Assembly: GCA_032718475.1 (NCBI GenBank)
Contig: JAUCBJ010008939.1
Location: forward strand, 22,061-86,060
Direction: 5' to 3'
DNA from: Nemertoderma westbladi
Lineage: Eukaryota; Animalia; Xenacoelomorpha
Length of the DNA: 64,000 nucleotides
Part shown: piece by piece, positions 10,324 to 22,592 of the stretch
Position numbering within the stretch: the stretch's first letter is position 1
Layout of the letters: every line of letters starts with the position of its first letter
Notes under the pieces: generated by a model
Database searches by the model: none
What the model was told of the DNA's origin: nothing
The model's input: only the letters and a program-made list of their open reading frames with translations
Translations under genes and position numbers: made by a program

Positions 10324-13300
10324 TTACTTTGGGGAGTCCCTAGATGTTTGTTGGATTAGGGAGGTGGTCGTGGGAAGAGTATCTTGCCTTCCATTGTTTC
10401 CGGAGAGTTCTCTGTCTCTTTCCAGTAAACATAAACGACCAACTGGGCGATTGAGTTGTTGTGTCTCGAACACAATTCCAGGTTTCTTAAAGTTACGTCG
10501 CATGACGACGAGTTCTACCGATCGCACTAAACCGTCATCTGAGATATGAGTCTCGATGATACGACCTGTCTGCCACCGCTTACGTGGAAGATCTGACTCC
10601 ACAATAAGGACCATGTCTCCGGCGCTGACGTTTTCTTGCTGCGCAAACCACTTAGTTCGAAGTTGTAGCGTAGGCAGATAATGTTTTTCGAAATGGTCAG
10701 CGAAACGACGGGATAACAACTGCATAAGTTGCCAAGTTTGCCGGCAGTATTCGTCTCCGTCCGTGATTTCTGATCATGGGAGCATGGCTACAGGTTTCTT
10801 CAGTAGGAAGTGCGTGGGTGTTAGCGCTTCCAGGGAATCGGGTCTCGATGAGACTGGCATAAGCGGTCTCTCGTTGAGATAGGCGGCGATTTCCTCCATT
10901 AACGTCCGCAAAAGTTCGTCGGTGAGATACGCGCGGCATGGCACTATAAAGTGAAATGCGGTCTTCACGCTTCTGATTAATCTCTCCCAACTTCCTCCCC
11001 ACCAAGGGGCGTCGGCGGCGTTGAAGGTCCAGCTAGAAGCGGTTACCTTTAGCTGATCGTCCACCTGTCTTTGATTCCAATCTCTGACGTAAGCCTTGAT
11101 TTCATTGTTGGCACCAATGAAGTTCGTTCCTTTATCAGATCTCATTGTGTTACTAGTTCCAAAGCGAGTGATCTGTCGGCGTAAGCTCAATATGAAGCTA
11201 TTGGTAGATAAATCGTTCACCATATTGAGATGGATAGCTCTACAAGTCATACAGACAAAGATGACACACCATCTCTTGACTATAGTCCTAGCACGATATA
11301 CTTCAATAGGGCCAAATAAATCTACACCGGTATTTGTGAAGGGTGGTTCATAGAAGCTTACTCGTTCCCTAGGTAATTCTGCCTCTCGCTGTGTTAAAGG
11401 CCTACTGAATGCTTTCCTACATGGTATGCAGTTCCTAAGGACTTGGTTCAGAGCCCTACGGGGTTTATGAAAATAATAGCGAGTTCGAATTTCGCTAAGA
11501 ACTCGTTCTCTACCAGCATGGTAAAGCTTACTGTGAACATCTACAATCATCTTGATTTATATTTCAAGATTTCTAATGAGTATGGGAAACTTAGTGTCAA
11601 AGGATAATGGAGCATTAGTTAGTCTTCCTCCAACGCGTATTAACCCATCTATCATTGTGCTAGAGAAACGATCCCTTAAGCGCATCTGTGAATTTCTCAA
11701 CAACAAGAATTACTTATCGGAATCCTCATAGCATTGCAGGAGTCTCAGTATCTGCTTATTTGTTTCTTCATGCTCCTGGTATGTGATCCTTTCTTTAAGA
11801 AATCTGTCTGAGGTCTTGTATTTAGGAAGATCTTTAACAACATGGACCTGCGCGGATGTCAATGGAGCGGTATCACTAGCGCTCTTCGTCCTGGAGTAGT
11901 GATGATGAAAACAACGCTTTAAATAAACAATGGCCTTACAAAGCCGATTCCAGGAGCTATAGTGATGCATCGCTCTCTGCAGGAGAGGTGAGAGTCCTTG
12001 CGAGACATCTGGTGTTCCAGATTTCCAATCTCTCTCTCTGATTTCCACAACAGACTTATGTGTGGCTGGGGGTTTTGGTTCCAAGGCTTCGTCTCCGGAA
12101 ATATGTAGTACAGACAGATCTATCACGGGTTTAAATAACTTCGATTTACTCGCCCGGGTTTTAGGTTTGACTTTCTCCGCTCCCTTGGCTTGTCTAATTT
12201 CCGCCGTAGTAAGATGAGGAGGCCATTCATCCTCTTCCTTGCTTAGGAAGTCGGGTCCACCTAACCAGTCTGGAGTATCTATTAGTTCTTGTGGAGTTGC
12301 TCCCCTGGATGCGATGTCGGCTGGATTAATCGTCCCAGGGCAATGTCTCCATTGATCTACCTTCGTGCGACTAAGTATAATGGCTACTCTGTTAGTAACG
12401 AAGACGCTGAACTGACAGACTTCATTGGTTATATACTCCAACACGAGTAAAGCATCGGTCCAATAGACAGTTTTCTCCAGTGGATAGTCGATCTGTTCTG
12501 TTACATTCCGGCCGATGGCTGTAGCGTATAGAGCCGCCTTTAACTCCGCTCGAGGAACTTTCAACTTGTTGTTTATCAAGGCCTTAGAGGTAACCAAGGC
12601 GACCTTAATTCCATCCGGAGTTTCAACTCTCAGGTAGGCTACTATACCTATTCCCATATCGCTGGCGTCTCCAAACACATGGAGTTGATAGGAATACGTG
12701 GGGAGAACATGACCAAAATAAGAACGGGAAATAATAAAGTTCTCGATGGAAGGTAGAGAATCTTCCCATTTCATCCACTTCTTTAATAGTTCTCCCTTAA
12801 GTGGATCGTCCCATGAGTGGTTTTCAAGCCACATTTGTTGTACTAAACTCCGAGCAATCAATATAACTGGGCTAATAAATCCCAATGGATCGAAATAAGT
12901 GCTCAGGATACTTAAACAAATCCGTTAGGTACGAACTGGATTATCTCGCGGTTTTAGTTGGAAAAACAGGATATAAGGTCTAGATCTTTAGCTCCTCGGT
13001 CTTCTACCGGGATCGATTCCAGAAATTCACGGGAGTTACTTGTGAATTTAGTTAATCTAAATCCACCTCTTTTCAAACACTCTACCGTTCCTTTGGCGAC
13101 ATCAATGACTTCTTCCACCGATGGGAGTGACTTTAAATTGTCGTCCATGTATATATCCCGTTTGATGTTGTCTATAACTTCTTTGGAGAAGGCGTCTCGG
13201 TTGTCATCAGCAGTGGTGCGCACTACTGAGCAGGCGTTTGAAGGGCTCGAGATGATCCCAAAAGCCTGGATGGTCATCCATTAATCCACCGGTTTCTGGT

Positions 13301-16300
13301 TGAGGTCTCCTTCAGGCCACCACAGAAATCGTAGGCTGTCGCGATCCCTTTCCAGCGCCTTAACTTGTAAGAACATGCCTTCTATATCTGAGGCGAAAGC
13401 AATTGAATATTGTCTTAATCTAATAGAGTATTCCCAACAAGGATTGGAGTAAGTTGGGTCCCGGCAATAACTCGGAGTTAAGGGATTGGCCCATGTAGAG
13501 AGCGGAACCGTCAAATACTACCCGGACTTCGTTGGGTTTACCGGGTTTGGGAACGTAATGATGTGTCAAATAGTACGTTCTCTCAGTTATGGGTGTTCTT
13601 TCCGGTACTCGCTCCGCGTATCCCTTGTCAATGAATTTCTTCAACTGGGTCTTGTACATTTCCTTAGCTGAAGTATTTGCCGTAAGGCGTCGATGTAGTT
13701 GCGCAATTATCTTCTCTGCCAAGGGTCGGGTGTTTATAAAATTGGGTTCTCGCCGTCGGAAAGGCAGACCAATCTCATACCTACCTTGATCTTTAAGAAA
13801 ATGTGTAGTCGTCTCCTGTATCTGCTTGGCTCTTTCTTCTTCTACCGATAGGGCCTTATCATAGGAATTGGGCTCTACAGCCTCTTGAGTAAAGAATCGT
13901 ACGGCGTGTTCATCGCGAACCTTCACGTTGTAACGGTCTATTACTTCATTTAGTTCGTCGTTGTAATCGACTAGTCCCGCTGGATGGACGAGGTGACAAA
14001 GGTTCACTTGGTTTTGCCAAGTTTCACTTTCTGTAAGGAGGTCGATGGTATTCTCCTCGTCGAATAGTTGATGAATATTGTCATTATCTGAGGAGTGTGG
14101 TGTTCCCTCAGGTGAGTCATCTCCCTCACGGGTTTCCCCTTCCCATTCACTCACATGGTAGACTTGCTCCTTTGGTAGCCTTTCCATGAGTGTCCTACGG
14201 GAGGGACCAGTACCAACCTACTCTAGTTCTTCCCACATAAGTTTGCAGTGGTCGCGGTTGAGTAGGCCGTTTCTCTAATGTCTCCAGCGCCTCATGCGCA
14301 TTTTGGCCGATGAGTATTTGTACCCCAGGGTCTTCTGTGTTGAATCTAGGTATGTCATACTGCTGGGTGAAATCGTCTTCATCCCAGTTATAAGGTTCCA
14401 CTTGGCTGGTAGCGAAGTTCTTTATCGCCACCATTTTTACTGACCTTATACTGTGTTCTCCTAGTTCATCCTGGGGGGTGGACAACGCGCCTACATAGTA
14501 GTCTGTAGCTACGGTAGATTTCCAAACCTGCATAATTCCTGAAAGGTTGAACTTAGTTCGGAACTTGGGTTGTCCAGCAAAGATATCTTCGGCTAGTTCT
14601 TTGTCGATGAATGTTCCTGTGCTGCCGGAGTCGAGAAGGGCGTTCACTATATAACTCTTGCTTAACCCGTGGACTCTCAACTGCACTACGGGAAATTCTC
14701 GGATTCCTACGTTGGAAGTTGGCACTTTCCAAGATGGTTGTCGGTCTGGAATAGTTAGGGGGAGCTCACTCTCAGTTTCTGTCTCATACATAAGTGCTCG
14801 ATACACTGCGGTGTTTATTAGATAACAGGATTCGTTTTCGTCAGAGAATTCATCCGTGTAGAATCCTTCCATCTCAGTTGGACATGTAGTTCAGACTCAC
14901 TTACCTGACTCGGGCTGTTTCTTTCAAATTCGGTGTGCAACAAAATATGATGTTTCGCGCCGCACTTCGCACACCTTGCGTCGGAGTAACAGGTTCGCCG
15001 TTGGTGTCCTTGTCTGAGACAATTATAACACAACCGCTTATCCCACATGACTTCGCGTCTATCTTTTAGGGATTTCTTTAAGAATTCCTCGCACACACTT
15101 AAACGATGGGGCCCGTCACACAACGCACATTTTGGTTTGATGTTACTTACTTTACCTTGGTTAATGTTGTGCACACTCGTTTTTTCTTCGGGTTTTCTTC
15201 CATGAACTCTCTTAGGAGACGTGGGAGGAGTTTTTGTTGTCTGTTCTCTCCTATCATTGGTTCGAGACTTAAATTTACTTACGTCTTTTGGTGCTTTGTT
15301 GACATAGTAAGATCTTTCAGTGTCTCTCCCATTGCTCTCCTCTTGAGAGGTTTGGCTTTCGCCATCGTCCGTATAACACACTGGTGTTACCTTTCTCCTA
15401 GAGATGGGTTTCTCACTTACCTTATTTTCCGGTGTCTTCTCTCTGGACTGCTTTAGGAGTTGTAATCTTACCTCTCCATCTAAGAAAGACATGAGATCAG
15501 CCATGGTAGGGTCTCTTTGTTGCTGGTCCATCATATAGAGCACTTTCTTGTCCCAGCGAGTACCTACTCCACCCTTGGGCAAAGTAGAGGCTACGGCTCC
15601 AATAACCATGGAACTCTGATATTCATGAGACTTACCTAACCAATCTAGTTGTCTACAGATCTCCTGAATCTCATCGGAAAACTCTATAATCCCGCTGCTA
15701 AGGAACTTTCGGGGTGCTACCAATTTGGCATACAAATACCTAGCTATGTTTGTCCTATTACCATACCTGATGTTTAGTGTATTCCAAACTTGTCTTAATC
15801 CATCTGGGTGTCCAATAAACTTTAACGCCATTAACTTGGGAGGTCCTTCCAAACACTCGATGAGGAATCTAAGTTTCTCTCCGTTAGAAAGTACAGAGTT
15901 CTGTATGTTATCTTTATAATATTCATTAAAAGGTAACCATTTCATCTCATCTCCATTGAACTTGACGATTTCTCCCACCTTTACCGCTTGACGGGCTTCG
16001 GTTCTAGCCATTTGACGCGTAAAACTTTCTTGGGCCATCGTGTTATTTAATATCGAGTTATCGGTATATAAATTTCTCGGATTATGATCAGGTCTATATG
16101 GAATATCATTGTCAACAGGTTTATAATTACCCTTAATAGGGTTTACTATAGGAGTTTCTACTTCACTAGCAGTATAGATGCGTGTAGGTTCCATCCACAC
16201 CTTGCGCATGAAATACTTCAGACCTAACAGGTTGACACATTGTTACAGGGGGTGGTGGTATACCCCTTTGTGTGTTGACCAATTTATCGCGTTCTAACGC

Positions 16301-18430
16301 GATACTCTGCTGCACTTCTTGCAACTCTAACCTACTTTCCCTTACTGTTCCCTTAAACTGTTGAACAGTCTCCTGCATCTGCCCAAGCAGGAGATCCATC
16401 CCCCGCCGTCTCTCATCCACCCACTCAACCGCCGAAGCGGGAGCCGCCAACATAGTAGCGGGTAGACGAGGGACGACGGGCGACAAATCTTTAATGTCTC
16501 GCTCGGCGTCCAGGACATGAATGGTCTCAGGGTCTGTTTTACTGGGCACAGGTAATTTAGTACTGTGCAAAGGGAATTTAGAGGTAGGATCTGGAAGTAC
16601 AGGTGTCTCTATCACCGAAGTGGTGGCTTCGAGAACAGACCTAATTATTTCAGGCTCATCTACTATAGTAGGGAGTCTTTCTACTCTAATAATTTGGTCT
16701 GTGGGTTCTGTATTACCTAAGTCTGTGCTAGCTAGTTGCCGTCTCACAGCTGGGGGCAAATTAGGCAATTTCTGACGGTGGGGCGTTCTTCTACGCCTAC
16801 TGGAACGAGATCTATTTCCTCCACCTTCAGGATCTGTGGTATCGCCTTCATCAGATGATGTAAATCCCTGTCTTTTGGGAGTAGATTTACTTATAATCTG
16901 CCACTGACTAGCTGTTCTCTGTTTATCAATGTAGTCTTGCTTCTCTTGAAGATTTTCCAACTCTAGTTGGGCGGTCTCTTCAGACACCCTTCGTTCTGCT
17001 TCTGCCACTGCTACCTTTCTTTCCGCTTCTGCCGTCTTTCTTTCCGCTTCTGCCGCTGCCATCGCCGCTTTTCTTTCCACTTCTGCCACTGCCATCGCCG
17101 CTTTTCTTTCCACTTCTGCCTCTGCCACTGCCGCTTTTCTTTCCACTTCTGCCGCTTTTCTTTCCGCTTCTGCCTCTGCCACTGCCGCTTTTCTTTCCAC
17201 TTCTGCCGCTTTTCTTTCTGCTTCTGCCTCTGCCGCTGCCGCTGCTGCTGTCTTTCTGTCTTCTATACGTTTTTTCTTTACTTGTTCTTCTTGAACCCTA
17301 GTGATGCGGATGCTTTCATCAAATTTAGCTTGGTTTGCAGCTAACATTTCCGCATCTATTGCGTCCAACACCAACTTGGCTCCTTCACTATTAGGGCGAA
17401 GTCCAGCTAACCGTCTCCTTAACTCTTCGTCACCTATAAATCGCTGATAGTCTGACAGATAGATGTCAATGGCGTCCTTCTTCTGAGGTTTCTCTGATGT
17501 CGCTTCGCTTTCCACCTGAGAAAAGGTAGCGTCTGTTGATTCTCCATGGGTTGAGCGTTCATCCAGCTGAAATTTCCACTGGGCCGTTCCTTGAACTTTG
17601 AGATCCACTCGCTGGAACCAAGTCTTCACGGCAACTTGTAACGACGTGTCTTGGCTTCTTTTCGACGCTTCCTCGAAGGCGGAAAGAATTAGTCTGATCC
17701 GCATAACTCGTTCGCGAACTTGATAAAGCAGCTCTCCCTGCTCTTGAGGTCCTTGGGGTTGTTGAAACAGTTGTTCCTCTAATCGCTCCAGAGAGCTGAA
17801 GAATCTATGTACATATCCTGCTGCCGACCTCTTCCACACAGCCAGATCTCTAGTGTCCATTAACACTCCCATCCTGTATAAATCTTCCCAGGCAGCTTCC
17901 GATAAGTTAAACGGGAGTCTGGGTCCGGGGAAATTCCATTGCGTCTCGACAATAGACTTCAGTTCCTCCTTCGTGTATCCCGCATAACTGTCTTTGGTCG
18001 ATCGCTTGCTTCTCGCCCAATCCATTTGATGTTCCTCCACCGCAATCAATACTCTAGTGAGTACGGCTTCCGGAAGAATGAGAAGTGGATCAGAATAAAC
18101 CGCTTCTGCCATCTTTGCTCCGCGCTCGGGTGTCAGCTCTACAGTATCTGAACTACTGGAGCTATCGGGCCGCTGAGAAATAAGTTCTCGGCTCGAGTGT
18201 TGCTGCTGTTTAACAGCTGCCTCTTGGTCCCGCTTAACTTGAGCCCGAGTGCCTATGATAGACCTACTGTGTTTGACTAGCCTAGGGTCTGATACTACTA
18301 CTGGAGGGATGACTTTTCTTACAGTAGGATGGGAGTTGAACTTCGGTCTCAAACGTTCCACACTCCTATCTGGGTCACAGATGGTTGTATCTAGGAGACT
18401 ATCTGACAGGTTTTGCTTTGGGTCAGCCAT
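10324..18430 (-). pseudogene. Disrupted gag-pol of BEL/Pao copy 1
   Basis: Triple zinc knuckle (CALCDGPH, CYNCLRQGH, CAKCGAKHH), protease LLDSGS, RT YMDD, RNase H HVFGDAS, integrase DLFGP/SDKGTNF/WERL. About 10 stops or frameshifts relative to copy 2. Confidence 0.95.
16990..17250 (-). repeat. Coding tandem repeat in gag N-terminal region (AEAERKAA-type)
   Basis: Repeated TTTCCGCTTCTGCC units. A shorter array lies at 61480-61625 in copy 2. Confidence 0.85.
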
Positions 18431-20353
18431 GTTAGTTTGTACAGTTGAATGCCTACTGCTAGAACTACAGTTAAAGCAAGTCTAGTAATTCAGTATCAAC
18501 TAAAAGCCTAGTAATTAATTACCGATATCGTTACTCAGTGTAACGTGATACATATACAATATATTAAAATACCAGTATACACTTATAGTATAAGTATTAT
18601 TACAGACTAGAGTTTGTCACAAAAATACCGGTATATAATTCAGCGTAAATATATATAAATATATAATAAGCCTACCGTGAATACCGGTATACAGTTTACA
18701 CTTATAGTATATATAAGTATAATTATAGACTAAATTAATTACAGAATACCGGTATATGATTTCAGCATAAGTTTATAGAAATAAATATAATAAGCCTATC
18801 GTAAATACCGGTATATCAATTATTTTAGAATAATTGAATTTCTGAAATTTTGGGTTACTTGGTTACTTTACGTTACTTTATTACCATTATTTAAGCAGTA
18901 GTCCAACTGATATTAAGACCTAATTGATGGATGACAGGCCTACTATTTATAAATCAGTTTAAGTTGATTTATTATATATATATATACCCGTATAATGGGA
19001 TTTGACAATATTTGAAACAAATGTTATTGTTTCTGGTTAATGGAGTCACTACACAGAAGCTAACGCTCTCAGTGGAGTGCTACCTGTTGGACACTAAAAC
19101 AAATAATTCTAATTTACTAAGTTACTTATTACTACTAATTACGTACAATGTTACAGACAGGGTGAGATTACGATCTCTAAATAAACAATAACAAATTACA
19201 CGTACAAAATTTAGGGTAATTTTACAGGGAATCTACAAACCAGTCTAACAAGGTGTTAGATTTCTGGTTATTACAAACGAACAGGAAACTACGGTATTTG
19301 AAAATAATTAAGCAGTAGTAAATACACTGTGTTGTCCAGATAAGAAAATACTACCGTCTGACGACTTATAGCCTTTTTGCTTTACAGCACTATAAGTACT
19401 ACGTTATGTACCCGGAGTGTCCTTACCTAGAAGTTAATTACCGCAGCCTACCAGAGCTAACGTGCCTATTAACCACTTTACAACACAAATATACTGTCCA
19501 CAAACTAATTACCTTCGGAAAGTATTGTACACTAAACCCTAAATTAGGTACAAGTACTTATATAGCAAATAACCAGCAGTTAAATATACTTGAACAGCTA
19601 AAAGAACCACGGCATCTGCTGGAGTGACTAGCACATAAAATCACCAGTCTTTACCTACACCAAGCAGCCCTGATGTAATACCGGGGTTAATTTAACTATA
19701 ACGGTATGTATAACAAGCACAATTACTGTAGGAATAAACTGGGGGAGTTTGATGGTTGCGAATACTTGCATAAACTCTGAATAATAAATATTGCGCTACC
19801 CGTACAGACTACACAAACAAAATACAGACCAAACGCTGACAGACTACTATCAAGCCTAAATAAACTACAGTATATGCAGACTCCGAAATGGTTAGTCATA
19901 TTGCGTTCTAACCGAGTAGTACGACTTATTCTTTCGGGGGGATTTACCTTACAACTCAAGATGCCCCTACTTTCCTAACTAGTACTTTATCAGACATACA
20001 CTCTACATACACTGCAATCTCTTCAGACCTAACAACAGCCAGACAACAATCCAGCCTACAAATTATCTATAGAATCTGAGCAGGCTTACACGCCCTCTGC
20101 TCAATATTAACTTACAGATAAATAAAACTGACAGAAATAAGTAAAATCTCAATAAAAAACCAGGGCTGCAGTCCCTGATCAAATATCAAGACCTACCGGT
20201 ATATAATTATAAAAATCGAATAATACTGATGTACCTGTACTGCTGTAAGTACCGGTTCGGTTGGTTAGGTAGTTAGGCCTACTGATTACAGGTCGACTGG
20301 TAGTTTTCGACTTTATTGCCTACGTTGCAATAAAGAAAAGCTATAACTGTTAT

Positions 20354-21542
20354 TGTTCGCGCTTTTAGACCTTTAGCAGTTTAACCCGCCAATTTTTGGT
20401 GTCTTCTAGGTTATAAATCGACTTTAGCCTACAACAAGTATTTGTTGCATATAAGATATAAATTTACACTTGCCGAAGCCAGCCTGTGCGCGACCATTCA
20501 CCCACTGTTAAGGGAGACTGGATTCGGAGGCTCTGACCTTATTGCGGTGTAGACTTACTGTACTATTCGATTGATCATTACTATCGTCTGACAAATATTA
20601 TCTACTTTCGGGAAATATTAACAGTTCCTTTGGGACGTGGCGCACTAAGCATGTAAACAGAGTTATGACTTACACTAAACACAACGGGATGGCTATTGAT
20701 TTTCGTATAAAGCGCATTCTTTAGGAAATGCTTTGTTATCTGACACACTCATGCATACTACTGCACAATGCTGCACACTGATCTGCCGACCGTCACTGAA
20801 TTTGATGATATGTAAAGAGAATAGCAACCGACACATGTAGAGGCTATGAAATAGCATTCAATTCACTACAAACCACTATAATGTAAGTCGCAGTTGCTAC
20901 CGGTAACCGGTCTCTCTAACCTTCAGTAATCAAGAAGATTGGGGTTTTATGATTATTTATCGATATTCTCCAAATATAACACATATCCATCAGCTTCTAA
21001 CAATTAATAACTGACAGTAAATAGCAGTAAAATAATGCGGTGAAAGTTGGGTAGGACGTAATGCATTGAGTTGACTGGACTGTACCGTGATAACAGTTAT
21101 ATGTTCCTATAATCAAAGCCGTCAAATGTCTGGCTAAAGTCTGAAACTAAGAATAATTCCAAAGCCGATGTTCTGGGCTCAGGAAAAAGGTAAACAAAAC
21201 CGTCATGCATTGCGCGATTTCCCGTAGGCTTCTGTGCAAATAAAGTGAAAATCGCTCTGATTGGTTGAGCCGAACAACGAACAAAGAGGGGTTCAGGTTC
21301 CACGTTGGCAGTAAATCAGCTGATAGATTTCGTCATCTAGTCCACACTGTAGTAAGAGTATTTTGGCGTATTGCGGCATAAAATGGCTTGTTATGTCCGC
21401 TAAAGTACACATACAGAAAAAATGGCTTTTTATGTCCACTGAAACACCGGTACAGTAAGAAAACGGCTTTTTATGTCCGTTAAAACATCTACAGAGTACT
21501 TTGCGGGGAAAATGACTAGCTATATCCGCAAAAGCCTTTACA
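20354..21542 (-). repeat. 5' LTR of BEL/Pao copy 1
   Basis: Direct repeat of 3453-4646. CCAAT box (minus strand) at ~21260-21264, also present in the copy 2 LTR. Confidence 0.96.
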
Positions 21543-22592
21543 ATTTATGCTTTCAAAGTCTGCAACAATAACAAAAGGTAGCTTTGACTTATACCAATAC
21601 TTTTCGAATTTTAGAATATTATTTTTGTTTTTTATAGGCATGATGATTTTTGCTGATTTATTCCCATAACATAATTCTTCATGCTTTTGTAGACCATCTG
21701 TTTCAAAGAAACTTCTCAGACAATTCCGACAGTAAAACAAGGAATAAGTAAGCGATGTATTTGTTTGAATGAAGCCATTTAAAAATGATGAAAATTTTGC
21801 AATCAAAGTATAATGTTGTTTCTGACCATCTGTAAGAAACAACAAGTCTATCTGCTCTCTATCTCTGAAATTACTAATACGAAGGGGAAGAAGGGCTTTC
21901 TTATCTTCAATACAAAATACATTAATAGCATAATTGTTTTGTTTTTCAAATTTGTTAATTGACTTTAGAGAGACTGGGTAATCTATACCTTTCATATTTA
22001 GGATATTTTCACATGGTTTATACTTAGTAACTCGATTTCTATGTTCTGATTGGGGTTGGATGTGTGCTAATATGCTCCATAGGAAACATTTTTCATCATC
22101 ATTCTTCACATTGACAATATAGGTTGATCTAAAAGGTAGTTTTATAAAACTAGACCCACCCATATTTGAAAAAACAGATAATTTAAATTTTGCTTCAGTG
22201 ATTTCCTTAAATATCAACCCTGTCCCTCTACCTTCCATTTCTTGAACCCATGTAGTTGTTTTAGTTTTTTTAGACTCTATTGCTTGATCAATGTTGTTTT
22301 CTGAAAGTATTAATTCTGGATCGTGTCTATTGTAATACAATTCAATGTCTCCCTTTATAGGATGTATAAATATTATTTCCATAACAATTTGCATTTTGAT
22401 TGATGATTTTGTTAACATTCGTCTCATTTCAATCGAAACTTTGTCTCTTATTGATTCAAAAAATGTATCAACAGATTGTTGTTCAAATGCCATGATTTCA
22501 TATTCAAAAGTTAAGTTTTTGAATTGCTTGCTCATGTGCAATTCAACTGAATGTTTACCTGACTGATTTTGTGTATTTGATAAACTTGCCAT
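21543..22592 (-). pseudogene. N-terminal region of a Polinton/Maverick-type protein-primed DNA polymerase B-like protein, interrupted by the LTR element
   Basis: Motifs NVKNDDEKCFLWSILA, YPV...FEKQN, HY..I, CRNCL...KHEELC and ExoI-like PFVIVADFES. The terminal CKGFCGYS of the ORF call is LTR sequence. After removing the element the frame continues at 3447 (VPMNQNDLLCKQIP...) for ~40 codons to a stop. Confidence 0.7.

Larger units (their letters stand above)
3453..21542 (-). mobile_element. Full-length BEL/Pao LTR retrotransposon, copy 1 (18.09 kb) with accessory ORF
   Basis: Two near-identical direct LTRs with TG...CA ends and TSD ATTTA at 3448-3452 and 21543-21547. Domain order is gag-PR-RT-RH-IN with BEL/Pao motifs. 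Confidence 0.96.

Noticed and set aside
16166-16209. Programmed ribosomal frameshift between gag ORFs
   Set aside because: Copy 2 is continuous here; copy 1 simply has a 4-bp TCCA duplication.
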